Shown: piece after piece, positions 18,821 to 27,696 of the stretch
How the letters are laid out: each line of letters begins with the position of its first letter
How positions within the stretch are numbered: the first letter of the stretch is position 1
Made by a program: the position numbers and the translations under genes
IMG/VR virus record: IMGVR_UViG_3300025154_000092
Location: 1-63,401 of that record
Length of the DNA stretch: 63,401 nucleotides
Origin: a virus
Taxonomy: Duplodnaviria > Caudoviricetes
Direction: 5' to 3' (one strand)
Notes under the pieces: model-generated
Told to the model about the DNA's origin: nothing
Databases searched by the model: none
The model's input: only the letters and a program-made list of their open reading frames with translations

Positions 18821-19417
18821 ATGAAAAAGAGCAGAAATCCGAATCACCCGAGGGCCGGATCCAGGATCAAGGTGGAACCGATCAAAACGCTGAAGGACAT
18901 CAAGTCGATCAAGAAGCTGCTGGCAGATAACCCGCGGGACCTGGCGCTGTTCGTGGTCGGGATCAATACGAACCTGAGGGCCGGCGATCTGCTCGGGATC
19001 CGTGCCGGCATGGTCCGGGGCCTGCGGCCGATGGATGAGATCGAGCTCAGGGAGGGGAAAACCGGGAAGCTGCGCCGGATCAGCCTGAACGGAAGCGCTA
19101 TAGAGGCCGTCCAGGGGCTTTTGGCTTCTCAGGCATACCAGGACAAGGACTTCCTTTTCAGGAGCCAGCGGGGCGAGGTCCTGACAGTGCCGTCGCTCCA
19201 CCGACTGGTAAAGGGCTGGTGTTCGACGATCAACCTGCGGGGCAACTTCGGCAGCCACACGCTTCGGAAGACATGGGGATATCACCAGCGGGTGACCTTC
19301 GGCATGGGATTGCCTGAGCTGATGGTCTGTTTCAACCATTCGAGTCAGAGGCAAACCCTGGATTACCTCTGCATCCAACCCGAAGAGGTGAGGTCGGTCT
19401 ATGCGAACGAGCTGTGA
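18821..19417 (+). CDS. Small tyrosine recombinase/resolvase (catalytic domain only)
   Basis: RDLALFVVGINTNLRAGDL, EGKTGK, SHTLRKTWGY, FNHSSQRQTLDY. Confidence 0.9.
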   Translation: MKKSRNPNHPRAGSRIKVEPIKTLKDIKSIKKLLADNPRDLALFVVGINTNLRAGDLLGIRAGMVRGLRPMDEIELREGKTGKLRRISLNGSAIEAVQGLLASQAYQDKDFLFRSQRGEVLTVPSLHRLVKGWCSTINLRGNFGSHTLRKTWGYHQRVTFGMGLPELMVCFNHSSQRQTLDYLCIQPEEVRSVYANEL

Positions 19418-19730
19418 CCTGGCGAAAGCGGAGATCCCGGGAAGGGAGGAGGAGCGATCGAGGCGAGGTGGACGGATCGGGCCGGCTGCCTCGCCGAGTC
19501 GGGCCGACCGACGGCGCAGGCCTGGGGCAAGAAGGGCAATCGGGAGATCGCAAATCCGGAAATCCCGGGATTGGAGTCCCGTCCCCCCTCTATCACCTAG
19601 GCACATAGATAATTTTCCCGATTTTGAGGCAAGTCAGCGACGTGGACCGATAACTTGATGGGGGGTGCGGGGTGGAATGGAACACTATGGGAAACAGAAA
19701 ACTGATAGCTGAAGCTAGGGAGGCTACGGA

Positions 19731-19949
19731 ATGGCAGAAGAAAAGAAGCCCCTAAAGGAAAGAGTTGAGGCGTTCAACATGATGGAACTTCCTGGGCAAC
19801 CCAGGATGATGCACATGGGAACGTCCTACCTCGTCAACGATCTATGGCGGGAAGTGGAAAGGCTTAGAGAGGAGATCAAGGGCCATGAGGCTTTTCAGGC
19901 CGGAGTGAATGAGGCCCTCTCGATAGCCTGCAAATTGTCCGGCTTGTAA
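19731..19949 (+). CDS. Hypothetical protein
   Basis: SD GGGAGG; ORF track. Confidence 0.6.
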   Translation: MAEEKKPLKERVEAFNMMELPGQPRMMHMGTSYLVNDLWREVERLREEIKGHEAFQAGVNEALSIACKLSGL

Positions 19950-20018
19950 AAGCAGCAATAGAGGGGACGGTTCATATCGCCCCTAGCTACGGACACTACA
20001 AACGAAGGTGATGATCTA

Positions 20019-20546
20019 ATGGATACGACAGACCCTTGGTACAAAAGCGCATATTCCAAAGAAGACCATGAATTTCTGGAAGGTGTTTTTGGAGAACTCC
20101 AGCAAAGAGGCTTGAGGTGGTCTAACGAGAAAGGGGCCGACGGGAAGTATATTATTCATCTCCGTGGTATCAAAACATGGCTCTCCGGGAAAGCAGCACA
20201 AACCGAGAAATTTGTTCTTGCTTGCTGGAGACTCAAAAGGGCGCACCGAGATCTGTTGACCGAAAAAGTGAAGCTCGTGAGGAAGTTAGAGGCCGTAGCT
20301 GGAACCTCTGAAATAGTGGATCTTGAAAAGGTTAGCGGTCTCCATATTTGGATTCGGGATGAATTCAGGGGTGTAATGGTGCCCAAAGAACATGCTGAGC
20401 GGCTTGCCGAAGCGATCAATAAGGTCGCGCACGAGATGCGGCAGCACGGCTTTGAAGAGGGAAGCAATATCCTGCATAGGCTGGGCACTGGAGATATATC
20501 TGTTTTGGATTTTGAAAAAGAGAAAGCAAAAATGCAGGACACGTAG
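20019..20546 (+). CDS. Hypothetical protein
   Basis: SD AAGGTG; appears more AT-rich than neighbours. Confidence 0.65.
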   Translation: MDTTDPWYKSAYSKEDHEFLEGVFGELQQRGLRWSNEKGADGKYIIHLRGIKTWLSGKAAQTEKFVLACWRLKRAHRDLLTEKVKLVRKLEAVAGTSEIVDLEKVSGLHIWIRDEFRGVMVPKEHAERLAEAINKVAHEMRQHGFEEGSNILHRLGTGDISVLDFEKEKAKMQDT

Positions 20547-20585
20547 TTATCCGGGCTACTGAAGCCGGCTTTGGGGGAGGGGAGA

Positions 20586-21395
20586 ATGGGGAAGGGGAAT
20601 ACGTATTGGGATCGGGCGTGGTCGTTGGTGGATGGGTGCACGAAGTGTTCGCCTGGGTGTTTAAACTGCTGGAGTGAGGAGATTTATGGGCGGTTTCATG
20701 AGGACGGGCTGATTTCGCCGGAGAAGAAGTGGACGGGGCAGATACTGACTCGAAGCAGCAGGCTCGATATTCCCAGGATTGCCAACAAGTCAACCGTGTT
20801 CGCGGTTTGGAATGACTTGGCTCATGAGGCCGTCCCGGATGTGTTCAGAGCACTGGCCTATGCGGTGATGCAGGAATGCAGGCGCCATACTTATCTCGTG
20901 CTCACGAAGCGGATTCACGAGTTGGGCTATTCACTGCGGGCCAACCTTTCCCCGCTCCGCACTAGACCCTTCGGGATCTTTCCCGGTGTGACCGTTTGCA
21001 CACAGGAGGAGGCGGATAAGAACATCCCGGAGCTGCTGAGGCTGAAGGAGTTTTTCCCGTGGATGAGGGTATGGGTGAGTCTGGAGCCGATACTCGAGGA
21101 GATAAGCCTCTTGCGGTGGATACCCATACCTTCATGTTCTCCGTCCACTGCCGGAATCAACGCCGTGATCATCGGAGGTGAATCGGGTTCTCCGAGAAAA
21201 GTGCGGCCAATTAGAGAATACTGGTTTGAGAAGACCGTGAATGACTGCCGGGCTTCACTGGTACCGGTCTTTGTGAAGCAGATGGGGACCTCGTGGGCCA
21301 TGAGGAACGGTGTCTGGAAGCTTGGTGACCACCAGGGGGCGGATATGCAGTATTGGCCGGAATCTTTGAGAGTGAGGGAGCTGATATGGAGATAG
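20586..21395 (+). CDS. Phage Gp37/Gp68 (DUF5131) family, radical-SAM-like protein
   Basis: GCTKCSPGCLNCW, DLAHEAVP, HTYLVLTKR, VSLEPIL, VIIGGESG, VFVKQMG. Confidence 0.85.
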   Translation: MGKGNTYWDRAWSLVDGCTKCSPGCLNCWSEEIYGRFHEDGLISPEKKWTGQILTRSSRLDIPRIANKSTVFAVWNDLAHEAVPDVFRALAYAVMQECRRHTYLVLTKRIHELGYSLRANLSPLRTRPFGIFPGVTVCTQEEADKNIPELLRLKEFFPWMRVWVSLEPILEEISLLRWIPIPSCSPSTAGINAVIIGGESGSPRKVRPIREYWFEKTVNDCRASLVPVFVKQMGTSWAMRNGVWKLGDHQGADMQYWPESLRVRELIWR

Positions 21396-21598
21396 AACTT
21401 TGCCCGCGGTGTGGGGGTGAGATGGAGTGGGTGGAGTGCTGGAACTGTGGCGGGGATGGTGTGGACGGGCATGATTGCGGGGAGGATTGCTGCAGCTGCC
21501 TTGAGCCTGAGGACAATGTTCGGTGCGACATCTGCAAGGGTAGGGGTGGGTGGTACGCATGCGACGGGTGCACTGAGGCCAGGGAGCATGGGGTGTAG
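21386..21598 (+). CDS. Cys-rich zinc-binding protein (DnaJ-type CxxCxGxG repeats)
   Basis: CPRCGG, CWNCGGDG, CDICKGRG, CDGC. Confidence 0.7.
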   Translation: MEIELCPRCGGEMEWVECWNCGGDGVDGHDCGEDCCSCLEPEDNVRCDICKGRGGWYACDGCTEAREHGV

Positions 21599-21684
21599 GG
21601 TTTTGGAGGGCGGCGGCGGGGAATTGACGCTGATAAATCGGCAAAATGAAGGGTATTTCGTACCCACAAAGTAGGAGGAAAGGT

Positions 21685-21975
21685 ATGGCGGCGAAGGTGC
21701 TTGGGTTTCCGGGGTTCAAGAATCCAAAGGTGTTGGAGTTGAGCGATGAGCGATGGTTATGGACTTTGCCTGTCGAGATCAGCTACCGGGACGCCCTGTT
21801 CCTGGTGTCGCAACTCTGCCTGGCGCTGAAGCATCCGCAGAACAATGGGGTGGTTGCGGATTTCGCCCGGGCGCTCGGTAAAGACCTTATCCGGCGGTTC
21901 ATGGAGGAGATCCCGGAGTTTACCATGGATGTGGTCCGCCTGCTGGAATTGGACAAGACGTTCGGTCTCGATTGA
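21685..21975 (+). CDS. Hypothetical protein
   Basis: SD AGGAGG; LCLALKHPQN motif. Confidence 0.6.
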   Translation: MAAKVLGFPGFKNPKVLELSDERWLWTLPVEISYRDALFLVSQLCLALKHPQNNGVVADFARALGKDLIRRFMEEIPEFTMDVVRLLELDKTFGLD

Positions 21976-22058
21976 ACTGGCACGGGAATTGTATTGGAGT
22001 TTCCCTTGGCGTAATGGTAATGTTAGTTGCCGTTAACCTGAGCGAAAGAGAGGACTGG

Positions 22059-22238
22059 ATGGCACTGAGCGCTTCGGAGGAAAAGACCATTGTCTCTTTG
22101 TTCACGAATCTACAAAACATCGATTCAAGGTATTATGCGGCTGCCTATTACTTCGTTTCCGGATTCCTCAGGTGTTTGGCTTTGAGCGTTGAATCCTTTG
22201 AGGGCATTGAAATGCCAGGAAAGGAGAAGCTTGCATGA
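22059..22238 (+). CDS. Hypothetical protein, paralogue of 24776-25024
   Basis: FTNLQNIDSRYYAAAYYFVSGFLR...FEGIEMPG aligns with FTELKNTSRRHFDAAFYFVFGFRR...FEDVPMPG. Confidence 0.6.
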   Translation: MALSASEEKTIVSLFTNLQNIDSRYYAAAYYFVSGFLRCLALSVESFEGIEMPGKEKLA

Positions 22239-22990
22239 AAAGACGATTCGTGGTTCTTCTAACTGCGCTCTTGGTCATCGCCGGATGTGCTGCGGTAGAT
22301 CAGGGAGTAAGGCTCTCTGAGTCGGGTGAGCAACTTGAATTTCAGTGCGACTTTTGGCCCGATCGTGACGTAATGAGCCGTGCAAAGCGGCTTTACGATT
22401 TGACGGACCATGCAAAGGATCTGCGCGTGGATATCTGTTTCATCTCGGCATCGGCCCCACTTGCATTGACCTTTCCAAAGAACGGGGGATATATCATTGT
22501 CCTGGCCAGTGGTTTGACAAAGGGCAGACCTCACGAAGAGATGCTTCTGTGTTCCATCGCCCACGAGCTTGCGCATATCGACCTGGGACACACGGAGGAA
22601 TTGGCCGAAATACTAAAAAGAACAAAGACCTTAGGTAGTCGTGAGTTGCGGAATGTTATCGACAGACAGGAAATCGAGGCAGACTCGGGGGCGGTTCGTA
22701 TATTGGAGAAGTTTGGAATAAAAGATGCGCACCTGTGGATGGCAAGGACCCTTGACTGGCTTGAGGAATACACTCCTTCCAGTGCGGAACGTGGAGAATT
22801 CAGGCGAATGCTTGCCGGACACAACAAGCCTGAACTGCAAGCCTGGGGGGAGATGATGCTTAGGGCTGGTGCGGATATTGACGGCAGAATCCGTAACCTG
22901 CTGGGGGATGAGGCTTTCAAATCGTGGCAAAGCATCCCGCGGGTTGGATATGGGCGGATATCGCCAAACAAATGGAACAGTAAGCCATGA
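22235..22990 (+). CDS. Lipoprotein, M48-like zinc metallopeptidase
   Basis: Lipobox IAGC; IAHELAHIDLGH (HExxH) and QEIEAD. Confidence 0.8.
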   Translation: MKRRFVVLLTALLVIAGCAAVDQGVRLSESGEQLEFQCDFWPDRDVMSRAKRLYDLTDHAKDLRVDICFISASAPLALTFPKNGGYIIVLASGLTKGRPHEEMLLCSIAHELAHIDLGHTEELAEILKRTKTLGSRELRNVIDRQEIEADSGAVRILEKFGIKDAHLWMARTLDWLEEYTPSSAERGEFRRMLAGHNKPELQAWGEMMLRAGADIDGRIRNLLGDEAFKSWQSIPRVGYGRISPNKWNSKP

Positions 22991-23002
22991 AGGCGCAGGG
23001 AT

Positions 23003-23329
23003 TCAGTCGTCAAGAATACTATCTAAGCCTAGTGACCTTTTTCTCTCGAAGGGACTTGAATTAGATGGGAAGAGTTCTTTTGAGCTGTCGCGGTGAGGTG
23101 TGAATTCGCCCCTATTTGGATTGTAATTTCCCGGGTAGCTGAAGTTGTCGGTTCTGGAGCTATTCGGGTTGGTCCTGGTGTAAGAGTCAACGTAAGTGTC
23201 CTTGACGCCGTCGCGGTCGGTATCCCGCCAGTGACCTCTTACACGATGGCTGGATTGAGCAAATGCGGAAGGCACGGAGAAAACAACGAATAAAGCAATA
23301 AGCGCCGTGATTACGATGATCCGTTTCAT
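23003..23329 (-). CDS. Secreted hypothetical protein (moron-like, opposite strand)
   Basis: Signal peptide ending AFA; VRGHWR...YVDSYTRTNPN...DNFSYPGNYNP; SD GGAGG on minus strand. Confidence 0.7.
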   Translation of the reverse strand: MKRIIVITALIALFVVFSVPSAFAQSSHRVRGHWRDTDRDGVKDTYVDSYTRTNPNSSRTDNFSYPGNYNPNRGEFTPHRDSSKELFPSNSSPFERKRSLGLDSILDD

Positions 23330-23455
23330 GCGTAGCCTCCTTGCCAAAGGTTTAAATAAGGTATGCGTGTAATACTGATTACATAAATATGGATATGAAG
23401 CAAGAAAAAAAATTAGGAGTTGACAATACAGAAAACATGTAATATGAATTACACA

Positions 23456-23625
23456 TCTGAGAACTACAAGGCGGTTACGCCCCCGACAGCGGCTATTTTT
23501 GTCGGAAGGTCATTTTTGCGTGAGACTCCCCGTGTCCGTGAGGTCGGGGGCGCTTCCTTGTAAGCGTTCAGAGGTCTCACGCTTTTTTTGTTGTGTTACA
23601 AAATCTGAAACCTACAAGGAGGACA
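23456..23625 (+). ncRNA. C4-like antisense/structured leader of the antirepressor
   Basis: Direct repeats TCTGAGAACTACAAGG (23456) and TCTGAAACCTACAAGG (23604, overlapping SD) with complement CCTTGTAAGCGTTCAGA between; GCCCCCGAC/GTCGGGGGC and GCGTGAGAC/GTCTCACGC pairs, then T-run. Confidence 0.6.
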
Positions 23626-23630
23626 ACAAG

Positions 23631-24779
23631 ATGGAAATGGAGTTGGTTCGTGTAACAAAGCGTGCATTAGGAGGAAATACCATCCAAACTGTCAACGCGC
23701 GAGAGTTGTACGAGTTCTTGGAATCAAAACAGGAATTTGCTAATTGGATCAAAGGCAGGGTCGAGGAGTACGGTTATACCGAAGGAGAGGAGTTTTTGAC
23801 AATTTTATCAAAAACCCCGTCTGACGCGGGTGGCAGGCCTTCCAGGGAGTATTTCATCTCCCTCGACATGGCCAAGGAGTTGGCCATGGTGGAGCGGACG
23901 GAGAAAGGGAGGCAGGCCAGGAAGTATTTCATTGAGTGTGAGCGGCGGTTGCGGGAGATGACGAGCGAGCTGCGGGCGCTGCCTGCGCCTGCCGGGACGG
24001 CGATGCAGGAGGGGATTCAGCGCGGGATCGGGTTGATGATGGCGGCAGGCAGGTATTCGCTGAAGGTGGCCGACCTGGAGAAATACTTTTACTTCCGCAA
24101 GCTTGGTCTGGACACGGCACAGGCGGAGGCTGCCTTCGGGATGGCTCCAGGCGCGGCGGCTGCCTTCGAGCAGGAGCTTGGCCATGCGGGCATCCGGATC
24201 CGTCCGGACCGAAAGGGACTGGAGGCCGTCGCGGGCCGGTTGGCGGAGATGGTGGCGGGCGAAGAGGTGTCTTTGAAGCAGCTGCCGGTTTCCGACGCTC
24301 TTTCGGATTTCGGTGGCGAGATCTGCCTCCTGGACAGAGCGGCGGCGATCAGGACCCTGGTGCTTTACGCCAAGTACAGGGACTGGGCCATTGAAAACCA
24401 CCGCTATCTGCTGGGGTTCAATGATTTCAGGCGCGAACTCACCTCGCGTTTCCCGGTAACAAAGCAAAGCGCTTACGGGAAAGAGCGGCGGGCGCACTTT
24501 CTTGGAATTACACTCAAAAACCCCCAACCGGCAGGCACGATCGAGGAGTTCGTGGAGAAGTGCTGCGTTCTCGACCCAAGGGCCAGCGTTCTAACCAGGG
24601 ATCTTTACATTGCGTTCAGGAACTGGTGTTATTCCAAGGGCGGCGGGCATATCGGCCGCCAGCTCTTCTTCAAGAGCATGGAAAGCAAATACGCCGGCAG
24701 GATAGCGGTAAAGAAGGCGGCCCGTAAAATGAGCTTTTTCGGAATCACCCTGAAGGGCGAGGGAGGTGAGCGGCTATGA
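23631..24779 (+). CDS. AntA/AntB-type antirepressor with two C-terminal winged-helix repeats
   Basis: VNARELYEFLESKQEFANWIK...SLDMAKELAMVERTEKGRQARKYFIECE; SD AAGGAGG. Confidence 0.85.
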   Translation: MEMELVRVTKRALGGNTIQTVNARELYEFLESKQEFANWIKGRVEEYGYTEGEEFLTILSKTPSDAGGRPSREYFISLDMAKELAMVERTEKGRQARKYFIECERRLREMTSELRALPAPAGTAMQEGIQRGIGLMMAAGRYSLKVADLEKYFYFRKLGLDTAQAEAAFGMAPGAAAAFEQELGHAGIRIRPDRKGLEAVAGRLAEMVAGEEVSLKQLPVSDALSDFGGEICLLDRAAAIRTLVLYAKYRDWAIENHRYLLGFNDFRRELTSRFPVTKQSAYGKERRAHFLGITLKNPQPAGTIEEFVEKCCVLDPRASVLTRDLYIAFRNWCYSKGGGHIGRQLFFKSMESKYAGRIAVKKAARKMSFFGITLKGEGGERL

Positions 24780-25024
24780 ATAGACTCACTTCCTACGAAG
24801 CAAGAGAAATCAGGAGGGTGTTCACGGAGTTGAAGAATACCAGCCGGAGGCACTTTGACGCGGCGTTTTACTTTGTGTTCGGCTTCCGCCGGGCGGCGCA
24901 GTTGAAGGCGGACCGGTTTGAGGATGTGCCGATGCCCGGAATAGCGAAGGACGAGGGGACGACCGCTTCGCTGGGACGAGGGACGAAAAAGACGAAGACT
25001 GGATTCCGGCCTACGCCGGAATGA
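24776..25024 (+). CDS. Hypothetical protein, paralogue of 22059-22238
   Basis: Sequence similarity seen by eye; SD GGAGG; ATGA overlap. Confidence 0.6.
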   Translation: MNRLTSYEAREIRRVFTELKNTSRRHFDAAFYFVFGFRRAAQLKADRFEDVPMPGIAKDEGTTASLGRGTKKTKTGFRPTPE

Positions 25025-25202
25025 CGGAGGAAAAGAATCGGCCCGATAGGTCGGATAGGACGTATTGGACGATAAGAAGATGTAAAGAAAATAACAGAGT
25101 TTCATGTGAAACAATGGCTTAAAAAATAATGTCAAGAAAAATCTTTGCATAAAACTCAAGCTCTTTAGCCCGGTTTCTTCCCAATAAGGCACATTGGATC
25201 AC

Positions 25203-25235
25203 AAGCCTGTCAGGTTAGCTCCTGACAGGCTTTTT
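25203..25235 (+). terminator. Intrinsic terminator ahead of late operon
   Basis: AAGCCTGTCAGG-TTAGCT-CCTGACAGGCTT then TTT. Confidence 0.75.
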
Positions 25236-25407
25236 GCGTTTAAAACCCGTGTTAATATCCGCGTGCATCTGTGTTTCTCCTTTCGCGTGAGGGGTGTGGA
25301 GGTCAACCGGAGGATCTCCACACTCCGTCCCACCAAAGAAAGGTTCGAGGGACGAGGTTCGAGGGACGAGGAAAGAGAAAGACCGAAGGACGAGGGACGC
25401 GGGAAGT

Positions 25408-25429
25408 GATGGGTCAAGACCCATCCTAC
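25408..25429 (-). repeat. GTAG-type REP-like palindrome, copy 1 of 3
   Basis: Minus strand GTAGGATGGGTCTTGACCCATC; identical at 27980-28001 and 41722-41743. Confidence 0.8.
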
Positions 25430-25457
25430 AACGGCGAGGGACGAGGAAAAAAGAAAG

Positions 25458-26105
25458 ATGGGGAAGAAAGAGCCGTACATCGACAAACACAACCTGGGAG
25501 AGCGGGTGCTCGGGTTGTCGTTTGGGGGGATGACGGACACCAGGATTGCCGAGCAGCTCACTTCCGAAGGACACAAGATCTCACAACCCACCGTTACCCG
25601 ATGGCTCCAGGCAAAGCGTGAAGAGATGGGACCCCAGGTGAGGGGCATCATGCAGGATCACCTGCAGAGGAAGCTCCCCAGGGACTTGGAAGTCCTCGAG
25701 GAGATGGAGGTGATCACCTTCGATTGGGCCAAGGAAGAGAAACCGGCCCTGGTCGAACGGCTGATGGATCCGGCCTGGTGCGCTGCTGCGTATCTGCGAT
25801 GGAAGGCGTCGATCGTCGAGGCCAAAGAGGAAGAGCAGCAAGGGGTGATGCGGCTGATTCTCAAGGAGGCCATGGGCAGGGTCACAGAATTTTTCAATGT
25901 GCGCCGCGAAAAGCTCAATTTCATGAAGAGCACCCGGGACGATATAGCGCTGAAACTCCAGTATTCCGGCGTGATCGAGGGGGCGGAGAAGGGGAATATT
26001 TATATCGTCACGAGCAAGAAAGAGCAGGGACCGCAGGGACAAAAGGGCGGGGAGAGTAAGCCGAGGCTGCAGATGGTGCTGAAGGGGCCGAAAGATGCCA
26101 AGTGA
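25458..26105 (+). CDS. Putative terminase small subunit
   Basis: N-terminal HTH (TRIAEQL...ISQPTVTRWL); overlaps start of terminase large subunit. Confidence 0.65.
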   Translation: MGKKEPYIDKHNLGERVLGLSFGGMTDTRIAEQLTSEGHKISQPTVTRWLQAKREEMGPQVRGIMQDHLQRKLPRDLEVLEEMEVITFDWAKEEKPALVERLMDPAWCAAAYLRWKASIVEAKEEEQQGVMRLILKEAMGRVTEFFNVRREKLNFMKSTRDDIALKLQYSGVIEGAEKGNIYIVTSKKEQGPQGQKGGESKPRLQMVLKGPKDAK

Positions 26106-27570
26106 TCTTAGATTCGACCTGAGCCCCACGCAAACGGATTTTGTTTTGTCCGAGGCCCATATCGTGCAGTTGATCGGGCCGATGGGTGAGGGAAAGACCC
26201 ATGCGGGGATTGCCGGTATGATCTACCATGCCCAACGAAACGGCAAGCCTATAGAGACTGCCCTCATTCGGGATACCTTTCAGAATATCAAGACTTCCAC
26301 CAGCAAGGATATTGCGAAGATCTGCGGCGAGTGGGCGCGTTTTACAGATGGCGGCAGGCGGTTGACGCTGATGACGACCCCAAGGGTGCACTGCGATCTC
26401 TTCGGGATAGATTCGGAGGCCGATATCAGCAAGCTGCAGGGGCCGCAGTATTCGCTGATCTGGCTCGAAGAGCCGGCGCCGATTTACGAGAAAAGCAATG
26501 CCGGGCTTCCTATCGGGGTGTTTCGCATGGCTTTGGCCAGGGCTGCGCGGCAATCGGGCGGCATGATTCCGCGGGTGCAGCTTTCGCACAACCCGTCGGA
26601 CGAAGATCACTGGACGGCGGAGCTCGCCGACGAACCCCATGAATATGTGTCGATTTACGATGAGAACAGCGGGCAATGGGTGACTGTGTACAAGGATATC
26701 TTCCGTATCCCCAGGGGCGAAAACAAGTTTCTCTCGCCCATAGCCCGTGCCATGAACGAGGCGGCGTTCAAAGGAGATCCCGGCAAGTACGCACGGTATG
26801 TGCTCGGCGAAGAGGCGATGGTCGTGCAGGGCAGGAGGGTGACCCCTGCCTATGATCAGCGGGTTCATTTCTCGGAAAGGATTCTGCCGGTGCTCAAGGG
26901 CGAAGCGATCATGATGTGGGATTCGTGGCTGGATGCGACCTGCACCATTGCGCAATACAACCCGCTCGGCCAGCTCGTGTTTCACGACGTGCTCCACGAA
27001 GAGGGACTAGGACCGGAGGAGATCATCGAGGAGAAGGTGCTGCCGCTTCTCGAAACCCCCAAATACAAGGGCAAGGTGAAGGTCGAAGGGCCGTGGCGGA
27101 TCATCGGGGACCAGAGCATGAGAAACCCGGACCAGTCGAGCAACAAGCGGAGCGCTGCAAGTCTCATTGAAGGGGTGTTTAAGGCCCGGTTCGAGCCGGG
27201 GCCTGCCCACTGGCATCGTATGCGGAACATCCCCAACCAGTGCTGCCGGGCGAGGACGCCGCACGGTTTGCCGTTGATCCTGCTCTCCAGGTCGGCGACA
27301 AAGCTTCACCGGGCCCTGAAGGGCGGCTGGCACTACAAGGTGGACGTAAGCGGCCACATTCTGGGGGATAAGCCGGAGAAAAACATTCACAGTCACCCGG
27401 GGGACACTTTTGCCAACGGGCTGGCGGTGCTGCATCCGCAGAAGCCGGACGAGCAACGGCCTCCGGTGGATCAGCGGGCGGCGCAGAAGCTGGCCAGGAG
27501 CTACGGGGGCGGGAATTTCAGTAGAAGGTTTGCGGCGGCCGGCGGGATTTCGGGGCCGTTTAATCCGTGA
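26095..27570 (+). CDS. terL: Terminase large subunit
   Basis: LSPTQ, Walker A GPMGEGKT, Walker B LIWLEE, HNPS, nuclease MWD and HSHPGD; precedes portal. Confidence 0.85.
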   Translation: MPSDLRFDLSPTQTDFVLSEAHIVQLIGPMGEGKTHAGIAGMIYHAQRNGKPIETALIRDTFQNIKTSTSKDIAKICGEWARFTDGGRRLTLMTTPRVHCDLFGIDSEADISKLQGPQYSLIWLEEPAPIYEKSNAGLPIGVFRMALARAARQSGGMIPRVQLSHNPSDEDHWTAELADEPHEYVSIYDENSGQWVTVYKDIFRIPRGENKFLSPIARAMNEAAFKGDPGKYARYVLGEEAMVVQGRRVTPAYDQRVHFSERILPVLKGEAIMMWDSWLDATCTIAQYNPLGQLVFHDVLHEEGLGPEEIIEEKVLPLLETPKYKGKVKVEGPWRIIGDQSMRNPDQSSNKRSAASLIEGVFKARFEPGPAHWHRMRNIPNQCCRARTPHGLPLILLSRSATKLHRALKGGWHYKVDVSGHILGDKPEKNIHSHPGDTFANGLAVLHPQKPDEQRPPVDQRAAQKLARSYGGGNFSRRFAAAGGISGPFNP

Positions 27571-27696
27571 GAAAAGGCCAGGGACAAAAGGATGATCGGG
27601 CGCATGCGGGAGTTCGTGGAGAGAAGGTGGCCGATGTTGTTTGCGGGGTTGGCTGTTCTGGCGGCCTGGCTGATTACGTGCTGAGGTGAACGGGAG

